A stretch of 64,000 nucleotides of DNA from Gekko japonicus (lineage: Eukaryota): positions 64,545 through 128,544 of the forward strand of contig NW_015175470.1 in the NCBI RefSeq assembly GCF_001447785.1, written 5' to 3'. A program made the position numbers and the translations under genes. The notes beneath the pieces were generated by a model. The model had not been told where the DNA came from, made no database searches, and saw only the letters and a list, made by a program, of their open reading frames with translations. Of this stretch, positions 24,618-37,325 are shown piece after piece (within the stretch, counting starts at the first letter, position 1; every line of letters begins with the position of its first letter).

Positions 24618-25766
24618 ATTCTTAGCCAATGTACTGTGACTTGTATAGAAGTGTGAATAGCTGAAAATGGCCAAGGAGTGAGCAAATGAGACACACTTAA
24701 AATGGCTCAAAATTTTGAACATCATAATTACTCTGTAACCTAAAGACAACCGTTCTTGGCATCAGTTAAATGATCATCTACTTTCCGTTCTGCCATGGAG
24801 AACGTATGTTTCTTCCCACATTTGGGATTGAAGGAAGCAATTATAACTGTTTCTTACCTTTCAGCTCACATAGAAACCCACCTTGCACTATTTTGTAGTT
24901 TTTATTTTTAATTTTTTTTTTAAAAAAATTATTTTCATTCTGTTTTTAATCCAATTCCTTTTGCATAATTACATATTTCTTTCTTTCCCACCCCCTATCC
25001 CCCCTTACTGTTATGGCTGGTACTTGTGCTGTCTCCCTGATGTAGCTAGGCAAGTACTAATGGATCTATTTCCTAGTCCTCCTCTTGCACCCCTTTCTGA
25101 TGCATCCAAGGGACTGTAGCTTGGCCATTCTGGGAATGTAGTTCTACAGTGCCTGATGTTATTAGCCAGGCATCCAGCATTTCAGATATGCCAAAAAGAG
25201 CCTTCAAAGTGTCAGGGGAATGAGATACTCTGCCCATAGCTGTCTCCTGCTTGGCCTGGCCAGTAGCAGTGATAAACATGACAGCAGCTCCAGAAGCATA
25301 CAATAAAAGGGATGGGGGATAGATAAACATTTTCCTGCCAGTTGTAGTTATCTCTTCCCCCACTCCTGACTACTGTGAATTCTTAAACCAGACTGCCAGT
25401 TGCCAGAGTAATGAAGAGATCCTTATATTACCAAATGTAATTAATTTTATTATCAGTATAATGTGTATATAATGACTTAGTTATTTGATTTATTACTGTG
25501 TAAACTCGTGTCCATGTGTTAAAGCTGAGAATCATATTTTTAAAACTAAGCATGACAGCTATGAATGCATATGAGCCAAAAGGCCATAAGAATAATAATT
25601 TTGAATTATGACTTGACTTCCTGTTCTGCGCCTTTTCAGATGCACATTCTAGTCTTAATGTTAAAAGCACTTCAACCATTGCACAACTGGCAATGGCTTC
25701 TCAAAATATTTGTATAAACATGTTATGTGAAATATCTATGCTTGCATATGTAGAAAAGCCCTTTTT

Positions 25767-25772
25767 AATAAA
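25767..25772 (+). terminator. Likely STEAP4 polyadenylation signal
   Basis: AATAAA followed ~30-50 nt later by a GT/T-rich tract; alternative AATAAA near 25302. Confidence 0.5.
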
Positions 25773-26061
25773 GGAATTTTGTCCCATTTCAAGCTGGCTA
25801 TGGCTTTGTGGTGGGGTTTTTTTTTGGGGGGGAGGGGTGTAGTCTTACACAGTGGACTTCTTTTTCCTGTAAATGGATAGCCAGTGGAATATAATTTTCA
25901 TGACTATTGCAAGCTTCAGCTGTGGATGGAAATAGAACTTTTAACTACACATTTGCAGCAATGAATGGGAAAGAGGTAATAAATCCATCAGAGAATCTTC
26001 TGTGTATACTTGCTGTAAAATTCCTGGAGCTAGAGGAGAAATCTAAGCAAAAAGGTATTTT

Positions 26062-27655
26062 TTTTAAAGCCCCCGGAGGGGATTTTTTTATTTTTTTATA
26101 ATACTACACAAACTACAAAGAAAAAAGAAGAAGGGGGAACTACAACTAGGGAGAAAGGAAAGTAACCCACACTATACTAAAAGCCCAAGAGAAGGAGATC
26201 ATTACCCTGTTAAACTACAGTTAGTAATAAAAAAGCTGTTAATAAACAATATACTTTTTGAGATCCTTTCTTACTAAGCTTATGGGTTAGTTTACTTGTT
26301 ATGAGAAGATTTCCAGAGCTTCTCCTCCAGCTCGCTTCATAAAGGCAATTTTCAGAGTCCTTCCGCCTTTACATCTATGCTAATTCTCTCTAAAATCTTG
26401 ATGGGTTCTTAGACGTTCACTTGAAATTCTGCAACCCAGTCTTCCTCCGTCTCCAAAGGGATAAAACCGCCAATCTTGAGCCTCTTCCTCTTTGGTCTCA
26501 TCTTCGAGGCCCAGTGGCATCTCAAAGGCTTCTCGATCTTGAGGGCAGATTCAAACTCTTTTCTATCAGCCAAATTTAAGATGACACTTTCTAAAAACAC
26601 CTGCAAGGAAGGAGTTAAGTCCTTGTAAATCTTTTCTGTTTCTCTCACGCTTTTCCTCCTTGTCTCTTTGAGATCACTGTTAGTTTTAGTGTCCATCTCT
26701 TTTGCTTTGACAGCCCTCTGTTCCATTTTTTCTGCTATTGTTGCCAACTGCAGCTGCCGGGACATGAGTTGTTGATTTATCTTGGCAAGCTGATGGTTAA
26801 TACCAACAAGTTGCTCCAGAATTGGCTTGGTGGCTTCTGCTATGAGTTCTATAATGTTTACTTCCCTTCTTCTCGGAGTTGTTTTCGCTGACTTTTTTGG
26901 AGTGTCTGCCATTTTAATACTTTATTTTCAATATAAAATCACTTTCTCCCCGGCTCTGAAAATCGCCTATACGCTGTTTAATCGCTTAAATGCTCATGGA
27001 TATCTCCCACAACAGGCTTATATGCTTCCAAAGTCCTTCCAAAGTATCTGTTTACAGTCGCCTCTCTCTCTCCCCTCCCCCTACTCCATTTGTGTAAATG
27101 CGTCAAATCCCTCTCTCAGCACGATTCCAATCGCTCTAGAGGTTTTTTGGGGGGGGATTTTTGCTTCAATGTATCTGTTTACAATTGTCTCTTTCTCTCT
27201 TTCTCTCCCCCCTCCTCTGTTTATGTAAATGCGTCAGAGAGGCGTCCCTCTCTCACGACGATTCCAATCGCTCAAAAGGTTTTGGAGGTGGAGGGATTTA
27301 CACTTCTATTTACGGTTTGCTCATTTTAACTCACAGTTCATTGTTGGTCTTTATCTTGACCACGCTCGTAATCGCTCCTTCACCAGATCTCCTGCGCTTG
27401 ACTGGGTCGGCACATCTTGTGCCTCGCTGAGAGAATGCAGACAGTGGGGGGGACCATCAGGGTGGAGGGCAGCCTCAATTTCCCTGCAGATAGCAGGAAA
27501 AAAGGCTCACTCTCAAAAGCCCTATGGCCTGGGGGGGTCTCCCTGACCCCCCGTGGAGGTGCCGATTCTGCAGCACCCCTCCCCTCTGCTGCTGTGCAGT
27601 ACGCCTTCCCGGAGCAATGGGAAAGGCGTCTGCCATTGTTGTGCCGTAGACCCAC
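26062..27655 (-). mobile_element. Full-length non-autonomous L1-type (HAL1-like) retroposon
   Basis: 16-bp TSD AGCAAAAAGGTATTTT (26046-26061, 27656-27671); GC-rich 5' UTR; one ORF; AATAAA about 20 nt before a short A tail on the minus strand. Confidence 0.8.
26409..26912 (-). CDS. 167-aa ORF1-like coiled-coil protein of the non-autonomous element
   Basis: AAAATGG start, uninterrupted; heptad-like ILEQLVGINHQLAKINQQLMSRQLQLATIAEKMEQR and basic RPKRKRLK. Confidence 0.55.
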   Translation of the reverse strand: MADTPKKSAKTTPRRREVNIIELIAEATKPILEQLVGINHQLAKINQQLMSRQLQLATIAEKMEQRAVKAKEMDTKTNSDLKETRRKSVRETEKIYKDLTPSLQVFLESVILNLADRKEFESALKIEKPLRCHWASKMRPKRKRLKIGGFIPLETEEDWVAEFQVNV

Positions 27656-27747
27656 AGCAAAAAGGTATTTTGTGGTACATTACAAGCCCATTGACTTCAA
27701 TTGACTTAGAAAGATGTAACTCTGTTTAGGATTGTGTTGTGATCAGC

Positions 27748-28157
27748 TTAGAATCATAGAATCATGGAGTTGGAAGGGGCCATACAGGCTATCTAGTCCA
27801 ACCTCCTGTTCAATGCAGGATCAGCCTAGAGCTTTCCTGACAAGTGTTTGCCCAGCCACTGCTTAAAGACTGCCAGTGAGGGGGGCTCACCACCTCCCTA
27901 GGCAGCTGATTTCACTGTTGCACAACTCTGACTGTAATTTTTCTAATATCCAGCCAGTACCTTCCCACTTTTAATTTAAACCCATTATTGTAAGTCCTAT
28001 CCTCTGTTACCAATGGGAACAGCTCCCTGCCATCCTCTAAGTGAAAGCCCTTCAAATACTTAAAGAGAGTAATCCTGTCCCCCTTCAACCTTTTCTTCTC
28101 ATGACTAATCATTTCCAAGCCTCTCAGCGTTTCCTCATAGGGCTTGGTCTCCATACT
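27748..28157 (-). mobile_element. CR1 LINE 3' end
   Basis: tagaatcatagaatcat tail; KPYEETLRGL...FKYLKG remnant. Confidence 0.88.
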
Positions 28158-28239
28158 TATTGCAGCATGAGCCCTTGTATAGGCTGGAGACAACTTCAGT
28201 GGAGAAAAGCCGGTAAATGAAGTTCTGATTAAGGTATCC

Positions 28240-28470
28240 AGAGTGGCACAGCCATTAGAGTGTCAGACTAGGATTTGGGACAACCAGGTTTGTATCCCTG
28301 CTCTGCCACAGAAATTTACTGGGTGACTCTGGACCCATCACATTCTCTCAAAGTAACCTGCTTTATGGGACTGTTGTTGTGAGAACAGAGTGGAGGAGAG
28401 GAGATCAACGTGATAAAGCAGCTTTGGGTCCTGATTAGGAAGAAACATGGGATATAAATGTTAAAAATAT
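28240..28470 (+). mobile_element. Old tRNA-derived SINE (Squam3/MIR-like)
   Basis: gagtgtcagactaggat...ccaggtttg head and gggatataaat tail. Confidence 0.55.
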
Positions 28471-28756
28471 GTACCTTCTCAAGCTAAATCAATAACATGC
28501 ACATAGTTCTGCTCACTGGTATACACAATGTTTTATTACTGTATGTTACCATATTGGATTTCCCCCCCATAAAATGTATGCCACTTGCACACTATGTCAC
28601 TATGCATGAACACTGTTAATTTAAAATGTATACTATGTATCTTTTTAACATAAATTCATTTTAACAACCAACTTTTTGTCTTTGTTGCTCATATGACGGT
28701 AGTAACACCATCACATTTCTTGGTTCTTGTTCCTCATTGCCAATGAAGAAGTGATG

Positions 28757-29858
28757 AACTATGAATGCATTTTTTTGCCTCTGTCTTCACTGTGGAAGAT
28801 GAGAAGTGCTTGCCCACTCCAGAACCGCTGACTTCGGGAGGAGTGTTGAATGACCTGAGTCAGATTGAGTTGACGAGAGAGGAGGTCCTACGACTGATAG
28901 ACAACTTAAAAACTGATAAAACACCAGGCCCGGATGCCATACATCTGAGAGTTCTGAAAGAACTCAAATGTGAACTTGTGGATCTCCTGACAAAAATATG
29001 TAATCTTTCATTATAATCTGCCTCTATTCCTGAGGACTGGAAGGTAGCTAATGTCACTCCCATCTTTAAAAAGGGTTCCAGAGGAGATCCGGGAAATTAC
29101 AGGTCAGTCAGTCTGACGTCGATACTGGGTAAATTGGTGGAAACTGTTATTAAGGAGAGAATTAGTAAGCACATTGATGAACAAAAACTATTGAGGTAGA
29201 CTCAGCATGTGTTCTGTAAGGGAAGATCTTGTCTCACTAACCTGTTAGTGTTCTTTAAGAGGGTGAACAAACATGTGGACAAGGGGGGCTCAATAGATGT
29301 TATTTACCTTGACTTCCAGAAAGCTTTTGATAAAGTTACTCATCAAAGGCTCCTAAGTAAGCTCAATAGTCACAGGATAAAAGAACAAGTCCTTTTGTGA
29401 ATCAAAAACTGACTAATTAATAGGAAACCAAGAGTGAGTATAAATGGACAATTTTCTCAGTGGAGGGTGGTAAGCAGTGGGATACCGCATGGATCAGTAC
29501 TTGGTCCGATGCTTTTTAACTTGTTCATCAATGATTTGTAGTTGGGAGTAAGCAGTGAAGTGGCTAAATTTGCGGATGATACGAAGTTGTTCAGGGTGGT
29601 GAAAACCAGTGAAGATTGTGAGCCACTCCAAAGGGATCTGTTGAGGATGGGCGAGTGGGCGTCAACGTGGCAAATGGGGTTCATTGTGGCCAAGTGCAAG
29701 GTGATGCACATTGGAGCAAAAAATCCTAATATTATAGCTTTGGAAAAGGTGCAGAAAAGGGCAACTCAAATGATAAAAGGGTTGGAACACTTTCCCTATG
29801 AGGAAAGGTTAAGGCACTTAGGGCTCTTTAGCTTAGAGAAATGTCCCCTGGTGGAGGT
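28757..29858 (+). mobile_element. CR1 LINE RT fragment (defective)
   Basis: PGPDAIH, WKVANVTPIFKKG, YLDFQKAFDKV, GSVLGP and KFADDTKL motifs with stops and an internal deletion near 29730. Confidence 0.92.
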
Positions 29859-30360
29859 GTGAAAAAAATAATCAAGTTTTGGAAAAAGGTCAGAGAACTG
29901 ATAAAAGAGATTACAGATATAGATCTCCAACTTATCCCAGAAAGTTATCTGCTTAACATGATTCCGGATAGAATAAATAGAGAAGACTTATGTATCATTC
30001 TATATATTCTCGCAGTAAGCAGAATCCTCATAGCTAAAAAGTGGAAATCGGATCTAATACCAAGAACCGATTTCCACTTTTTAGCTATGAGGATTCTGCT
30101 TACTAATCTAATACCAAGAAGAGATGAATTAATGGAAAAAATCCTAGAAATAGCGGAAATGGACAGATTAAACTTGATATTAGCAGGGAGAGATGATAAT
30201 GTTTTTAAGAAAAGGTGGTTTAAAGTAAATCTATGGATGGAAAAAAATGTATAATGTACACTCCAAAAATGTTATGTATAAAGAGAATTTACATCTTTTT
30301 TTTGTAATGGAAAATAGATAAATAAACTTTACCAAAAGAATCATCAAAAAAGAACAAGGA
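29859..30360 (+). mobile_element. L1-like LINE ORF2 C-terminal fragment with A-rich tail
   Basis: KFWKKV...PESYLLN...RILIAKKWK...W pattern typical of the non-mammalian L1 ORF2 end; AATAAA and A-rich 3' end. Confidence 0.7.
30014..30104. repeat. Perfect 38-bp inverted repeat with 15-nt loop
   Basis: 30014-30051 is the exact reverse complement of 30067-30104; loop ATCTAATACCAAGAA is repeated at 30106-30120. Confidence 0.92.
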
Positions 30361-31656
30361 ATGCTGAAAAAGAAAGCATTCCTTATCCACGGGCCTGAGA
30401 GACCAGGAAAGGGTTAACCAGCACAAAAAATAAGACAAAGTTGTCCTTTATCACAGGATTTTTTAATGGTTGCCTCACTCTAAAGACATGATCTTTTAAT
30501 GGCCAAGGCCAAGACCTTTTCCATAGAATAGTCTCCCAGAGAGGTCAGGCAGAAACCTACCCTTGTGGTATTTCAACAAAGCCGTAAGAGTAAACTGTTT
30601 AAAGTAGTTTATGGAGATCTTAAAAGGACTCTTCCTTGCTGACAGAGTTTAAATATGTGGAGGAATGGAACACCAACTATTTAAAGGAGAATAACTCAAT
30701 GTATTAAAGAAGAAGCAAACTCTGAACAGAGGAGAGGGAGAGAGGCTTAACTAACTAACTGCTTTGAGAGACAGAAAGGGAGGGAGGAGGCCTCAGTTGG
30801 AGCAGGAAGCCTCCAAAGAGCCAATCAGGAGACAGGAAGGCCATAATTCAGATTACAGGAAGTCCCTAATCTAGCTATGCTCACTAGGAGTCCTTCAGCT
30901 GTGCCCTGTAGGCTTTTCTTCTGATCTTCTTTAAGTAGGTGCACTATATAGACCTTGTATACTCCAACATTCCTTACTGGTTTTAATGATCTGGTTGAGT
31001 CTATGATTATTTTAGGGGTTGTACTTATTGTGGTTACCCACCTTGGGTTTGAATTGTGTCAGAATAAAGAAGAGGTATATCAATACTCTTAATAGCCCAT
31101 AGTCAATTTATTGTGTTTAGCCAGAGGCCATCACAAAATTACAGAAACCACAACTAAATAAAATACAGAATATATATAAAAATACAAATGCACAAAGAAA
31201 ATTCCAATAAAAAAGATACTTAGTATGGAATTCAATATATTAACAACAGGTTCAGGTAGCTTCCTCTTTCTTTGCAGCATTGGACCATATCTTTATTGCA
31301 GCAACAGTGAAGAGTGAGACTCTATACGAAAGATACTCATCAGTATCGGAAAGTAAAAATATGATTCTTCAGCATCTATATACAAATGTAAAGCAGATAA
31401 AATTCCCACCAAAAACTTAGACCAGGGGCCTGAATATAAAGGGCAGAAAATAATATAATGGGGTAAATCCTCTAATACATGAGATACTCTTAATTAAAAA
31501 ATGCAATTAAAAATAATTAGGAGCATTTTTGTGTGTGAAACTAACTTGCCACATCTGCATCACTTTGAGGATTGGTGCTACATTCTTCAGAAACCCGAAG
31601 TTTAAAAAATTGTAATGGTGAATCATTCACTTTTGGGAAAGTATAAAAATCCATTT

Positions 31657-32634
31657 TCAGAAAACACTTCTGAAGGAGATGATTTTAGAAAAATGCACCA
31701 TAGTGAACAGCTTCAATAAGGCCGCCTTGATCTCTTTGTTTCTCATGGTATAGATAAATGGATTGAGCAATGGAGGGAGTATGGCATAAAAAAATGCAAA
31801 AACTATATCTAGATCAGATGAAATATCAGTGGCAGAGCCTCCGTAGGCAAATATTCCACTGAATACGAGCAGAAAAACCACAGTGAGGTGGGGAATACAA
31901 GTGGAGAGGGCTTTTTTCTGACCCTGCACAGATGGGATTTTGAGCACTGTTGCAAAAATCTTCAGGTATGTTAGAATTATGAAGATAAAACATCCCATTA
32001 CTATGCCACAGGTAAGCAGAATAACCCCAATTTCAACAAAGTACAAGTCAGAACAAGAGAGTTTGAGTAATTGTGGGATTTCGCAGAAGAATTGATTGAC
32101 CACATTGGAGCAGAAGGTGATTGCAAAAGTGCTTCCAGTGTTTAATGTTGAATGCAGCACACCACTGATCCATGCACTGGCTACCATCTGAATGCATGCT
32201 CCTTTGTGCATAGTTGTCTCATACTGTAATGGATTGCAGATGGCGACATACCGATCATGTGCCATCACTGTTAGGAGGGCAAAATCTGACCCTACAAAGA
32301 AGAACAGAAGGAAAACTTGAGCTACACATCCAGAATAAGAAATTGTTCTGCTGTCCATGAGGGAATTGGCCATAGCTTTGGGTATCAAGACTGAAATCGA
32401 ACCAATATCCAGGACAGCCAAGTTCATTAAGAAAAAGTACATGGGGGTATGCAGGTGACAATCAAATGATACTGCCATGATGATGAGAAGATTGGCCATC
32501 ACTGCTATCAAGTACAATGCCAGGAACCCAAAGAAATGTAAGATCTGTAGTTCTTGAATGTTTGAGAATTCCAGGAGCAGAAACTCAGTTATGGAGGTAA
32601 GGTTGGAATTTTTGTCCTCTATACCCATCTTCAT
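31657..32634 (-). CDS. Olfactory receptor, OR14-like (class II/gamma), 325 aa, intact
   Basis: LHTPMYFFL, MAHDRYVAIC, FFCE, KALSTC.PHL, PPLLNPFIY; N-terminal N-glycosylation site; acceptor tttgttccacag| just upstream of ATG. Confidence 0.95.
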   Translation of the reverse strand: MKMGIEDKNSNLTSITEFLLLEFSNIQELQILHFFGFLALYLIAVMANLLIIMAVSFDCHLHTPMYFFLMNLAVLDIGSISVLIPKAMANSLMDSRTISYSGCVAQVFLLFFFVGSDFALLTVMAHDRYVAICNPLQYETTMHKGACIQMVASAWISGVLHSTLNTGSTFAITFCSNVVNQFFCEIPQLLKLSCSDLYFVEIGVILLTCGIVMGCFIFIILTYLKIFATVLKIPSVQGQKKALSTCIPHLTVVFLLVFSGIFAYGGSATDISSDLDIVFAFFYAILPPLLNPFIYTMRNKEIKAALLKLFTMVHFSKIISFRSVF

Positions 32635-35600
32635 GCCACCTGTGGAACAAAGTACAGGAGATTTTTAACTCACATAAATCAGAATCACAGTCAACCTAAT
32701 AACCCAGTGTTAAATGAGGAGACAAGAGGGGAATCATGTGAGCATGGCTGCCAGCCTGAAAAAATCTAGGCTGAGCTTTGGTTCCCCTTTTTTAGGTACA
32801 AAAGGCTGAACATGGCCAAAGGTTCTTTAAGTAGAGGGGAGAATCTTCAAAACATGTCTTCCATCTGTAAAAGATCAAGGCTGGACTTCTGTTTCCCTTC
32901 TTTTTTCATATTTAAAAGCAGGGTGAGGGCATGAGCCTTTTGGTGCAAGCCACAGGGCTTTCGGCTCTCGAATTTTTGCATGGCTGACAGCCTGTGGCCT
33001 TGAGTTAGTTGGTTGGTTGGTTGATTGATTGATTAAATTTTTACCCCGCCCCAGTTGATCCTCAAACAACCCTGGTTCTTTAGTTCCCAAAATATATATT
33101 GATATTTTTATTTGGTTTGGGGTTTTTTTGTAAGCGTCTTTGGGTCCCCAATGGAGAGAAAAGATAGGTAGGTAGACAGAGAGACAGACAGACAGACAGA
33201 CAGTGGATAGACAGTAGATAGAAAAATATTTTTAAAAACTTTGATATTCTAAATAAGGACAAAGTGGAGGGGGGTAATTGTCACATTAGCTTACCCAGCC
33301 CTGATATACTATATAGGTAGAGATTTAAAACTGTACAAATTGCATACCCCTAGGCTCTAATAACTTGAACTGGACCCTATGCATGGTGGAAGTGAAGACG
33401 CTGTTCCCTGTCTCAGCCTCCATACTTTGTGGCAAGAGAGTGTAGATAGCTAGATAGACACACTGACCTTTCCTTCCTGTGTTTACTCTTCTGCCACTGT
33501 CCCCTTTGAAATATAGATTGTATTCTCAGGGACAATTTCCTTCCTTCTGTTCACTCCTTCTGTTCACTCCCCCCTCTCCCTGCACACACCATGAGGGATG
33601 ACTTGCTGTCCTTTCTCAGCACCATGAGGCAGATGGCCCTCTCACCATCTGCTTCCATCCTTAGCTAGTACATTAGTACTCTATCCCATCCCTAGTCTTT
33701 CCTGTCCAAAAGTTACTTCTCAAATAAGAGAGAACCGTTTCTCTTTTCAACTTGCAACGTGGCTCTGTGTAGCTTTGTACGCTGAATAACCTGGTAAAGT
33801 GACACTGCTGCATTTGGAGCTTTATTTAAACACTCTGCTAACTATCGGGATCTGGACTAACTACACCAGTTAACACCAACAGAGCATAGTGATATGCTTC
33901 TGCAGTTTCGACTATTCGGTTTGCTCTGAGGCAGAGAGATGTAGCTTGTGGACCTGAATTGCCAGACAAGGCCACAAGACAAGAGAACCCTATTTGTATA
34001 GCTTCTGAGTGTACATGGGGAATCTCATGATTCATTGTGCCTCCGAGCAACTCATTCACTATGCTTCTGAAGGTGATGCAAAGGGATAAGAGACAGATAC
34101 ATCAACAAAGGTTGTGACCAAGATAGGGATAGGATAGGATTTGGGCAGACTTTTTTTAGGAGGGGAGAAGGCAACATTGCCGATGAAAGAATAAAATCCG
34201 AAGTCCATATCATGCTACAGATAATATATGATCAATTTTTATCATATATCCTGTACAGATAAGTGGGAAGAGTTAGGCTAGATGACCACCTGCAATATCT
34301 TCTGTGAAGGCTTTAAAATAATTGGGTTACATCCAGCCAGATTTTCTACTGTTGGGAAACAAGGGGAGAGATTCTTCTTTAGCAACCCAAAAAGCTATGC
34401 TGAGGATCTTGGCACCTACATGGACAAAAGCCATTTGGGACAGGGGTGTAATAATGAGAGGAACTGGATTAGATTTTGGGTGGTCGGTCTGGCTGGATCT
34501 AACCAACTGTCTGGGATTTTTTAGAATCAATTCAAATAATACATTGGAAGCGACCCTTGCTATCCATTAGACTGTTACACAAAGAGGTTATCATAATGGA
34601 CCAGAGACTCTGATACACAGGGACATAATTGAACTCTGCTGAATGATGTGAGGCTGAGACTGCAAAAAAAAAAGATTAAAAATGGATAGGAGCTCTTCAG
34701 AAGTGGGAAGGTACATGAATCAATTTTCCTACATAAAAGAACAGAAGTTTATATGATACCACACCATTCAGCCAAGTTTGAAGCCTTTCTCCAGCTTTCT
34801 GATAATAGTGGAAGGATAAAAGTCGTTCTCTCTGTTTGCGAAACTGGGTATTAGAGAAAACAGATAAAAATTAGATATCGTAGTAGGCAGATTAGAAGAA
34901 GAGAAAAGGTTAGCAATCTTTTTCCTGGAATGCTGCAATCATGCTTATAAAAAATATTACTTACTGAGACAGATTAAACACTTTAGGGGATAATGTCTAT
35001 GCCAGATTTAATTTCTCCACTAGATGCTTTAGTCCATACCTCGATTCATCTAAGCCACTGAATCTTCTAATGGAGCTTGCAATAACATATGCAGCTGATT
35101 TCTCATTATATCTAGATTTTAAAAACACAAAAAAAGCCTTTGAGAATGGGAATGAGATTCATTTGAAGTCTGTTTGGTCTTGGTAAAGTGCTCCCAAGAG
35201 TCCAGCATCCCTAATCAGAAAAATCTGGGGAAATTCTTTTCCCTCAGCTGAATTTTTCTGTGTATGCTGGCTGTGTTTGAATGCATAAAATGAGACTTTC
35301 AAGAGCAAAGTCTATTTCTCCTGCAGCAGTCATTTGCAACTGGATTTTCCTAAAGTGGACAAGGCAATCCAGTTGAGAATGAGTGCTATAGTGCAAAGAT
35401 AGTGCCACGTCCAACAATGTGTGGATGGAGCCTTTGAGATGTGGCTCTTCTGATTGTTATTACAATTTATGTAACGCTTCTCACAATATTAGGTGACATA
35501 ATTCTTATCTCAAATACAACACTGTGAAAAAGCTTAGATTACAAAACACCAAGTTCTTCATGACCTTCAGGGCATTCATTTGCCATTCATAGGCTGTTCA

Positions 35601-35959
35601 GTCAACCATTGGGCATTTGGTTTCATTATTGCACAATGCGGACAATATGGAAATGGGACTTTATCCTGCCAGTGATGCTGTTGCCTCATCCCCTGCTGAA
35701 TATATATATAAAAAGAAAAACATATAATGGTTACTTGCATTCTCCAAGGGTTCTCCTAATGAAATCATCACATGACCTACATGACGAATCCTGATGTGTC
35801 AACCAAACATGAACAAACCAACAACAATTCCAAAATCCAGTAGTTCCACATGCAATCAGAATGGACAGTTGTGTTCCAACACCATTACTGATCATCTGTA
35901 TGCTGTAGAAAGGCCCAGCACACCCCAAACGTCTCCTCATTTATTGATTTATTTGTATT

Positions 35960-36296
35960 AAGAACCTTGTACAGTTCCGCAGGGCCTGTAAGACGGAGCT
36001 CTTCCGCCAGGCCTATGAGTAGGAGCCGCCACGGCCACCAATACCACCGCCCTTTTACAGAGAGAGACCGCTAGGGTGGCTGAGTAACATCTTTCAGCAC
36101 CCGGCCTTCCCCCCCCCCGCGACGCAATAAGAGAGGAGTTTACAGGTGCATCCATTGTACTGATTTTAATTTGTTTTAACTTTGTAACTTGTATTATATA
36201 TTTTGTATGTTGATTGCACTCAGTGCCTTATGTGAGCCGCCCTGAGCCCGTTCGCGGGGAGGGCGGGGTATAAATAAAATAAATAAATAAATAATA
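35960..36296 (+). mobile_element. L2-like LINE 3' end with (AAAT)n tail
   Basis: gtgagccgccctgagcc...gggcggggtataaataaaataaataaat. Confidence 0.7.
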
Positions 36297-36535
36297 AGAA
36301 GTGCCTTGCTGAATCAGACAACTAGTCCATCTAGTCCAGCATCCTGTCTCACACAGTGACCAACAAGTTCTTCTGGAAGGCCAACAACAGAGCATAGAGG
36401 TCGAGACCTTCCTTTGATGTTGCCTGCTGGCCCTGGGATTCAGGGGTTTAGTGCCTCTGAATGTGGAGATTTCCCTCAGTCACCACAGCTAATAGCCACC
36501 GATAGACCTATCATCCATAAGTCTATCTAATCTTC
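36292..36535 (-). mobile_element. CR1 3' UTR fragment
   Basis: ataagaagtgccttgctgaatcagac...ccatctagtccagcatcctg. Confidence 0.65.
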
Positions 36536-37224
36536 CTGCCCATACCTCTTTTCTGAGCCAAAAAGACCTTCTTGAAAAGTTACTTGCATAACTTTGGAGC
36601 TGCAGATGGAGTATTCTGAGCCTATGAAGCTCCAAAGTCATGCAGATAACTCCCAATGAGGCCCGTCTGGCTCAGGAAAAAAGGCAGGAGCCCTCCCCAT
36701 AGCAGGATTAACCCAAATTAGGCTTCTTCAGGATTAAAAAAAATGATGTTTCCACAACTGCAATGAGACTGAGGGAAAAGTGAGTCATGCCTTGAAGTCC
36801 ATACCCAATTAGTTAAAAAAAGGTACTGTGTAGCTTGTCCCTGAGTAACGGTTCATTGGCCTATGGAACTGGGCCGCTGTTGAACTGAATCACGTTTTCA
36901 AATTTGCTTGCATAATATTCCTTAAAGAATGCTAACTGTGCTTCAATCAGATTAAACAATTGTTAAAAGTTAAATTCCTGAGAAACTGTGCACGGATTTC
37001 AGATTCCCTCAATAATATTATTGTGTCCTGTGGGGTTGGAGGAGAGTTTTAAGGATATCGTGGACTGCCAAAAAGAGTGGCTTTCGAGCAAGGGAAACCT
37101 TTACCTTTACCTTTAAGAATGGAGGAGCTGGCAGGATGGGCTAATAGGATGCCAACGCAGCTTCCCTGGTGGACAATGGGAGGCGAGGTGAGTCATTCGG
37201 AACACAGTTTGCCTTTTATATATA

Positions 37225-37325
37225 NNNNNNNNNNNNNNNNNNNNNNNNNNNNNNNNNNNNNNNNNNNNNNNNNNNNNNNNNNNNNNNNNNNNNNNNNNNN
37301 NNNNNNNNNNNNNNNNNNNNNNNNN
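37225..37325. other. Assembly gap (101 N) within (TA)n
   Basis: N run flanked by TA repeats. Confidence 1.
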
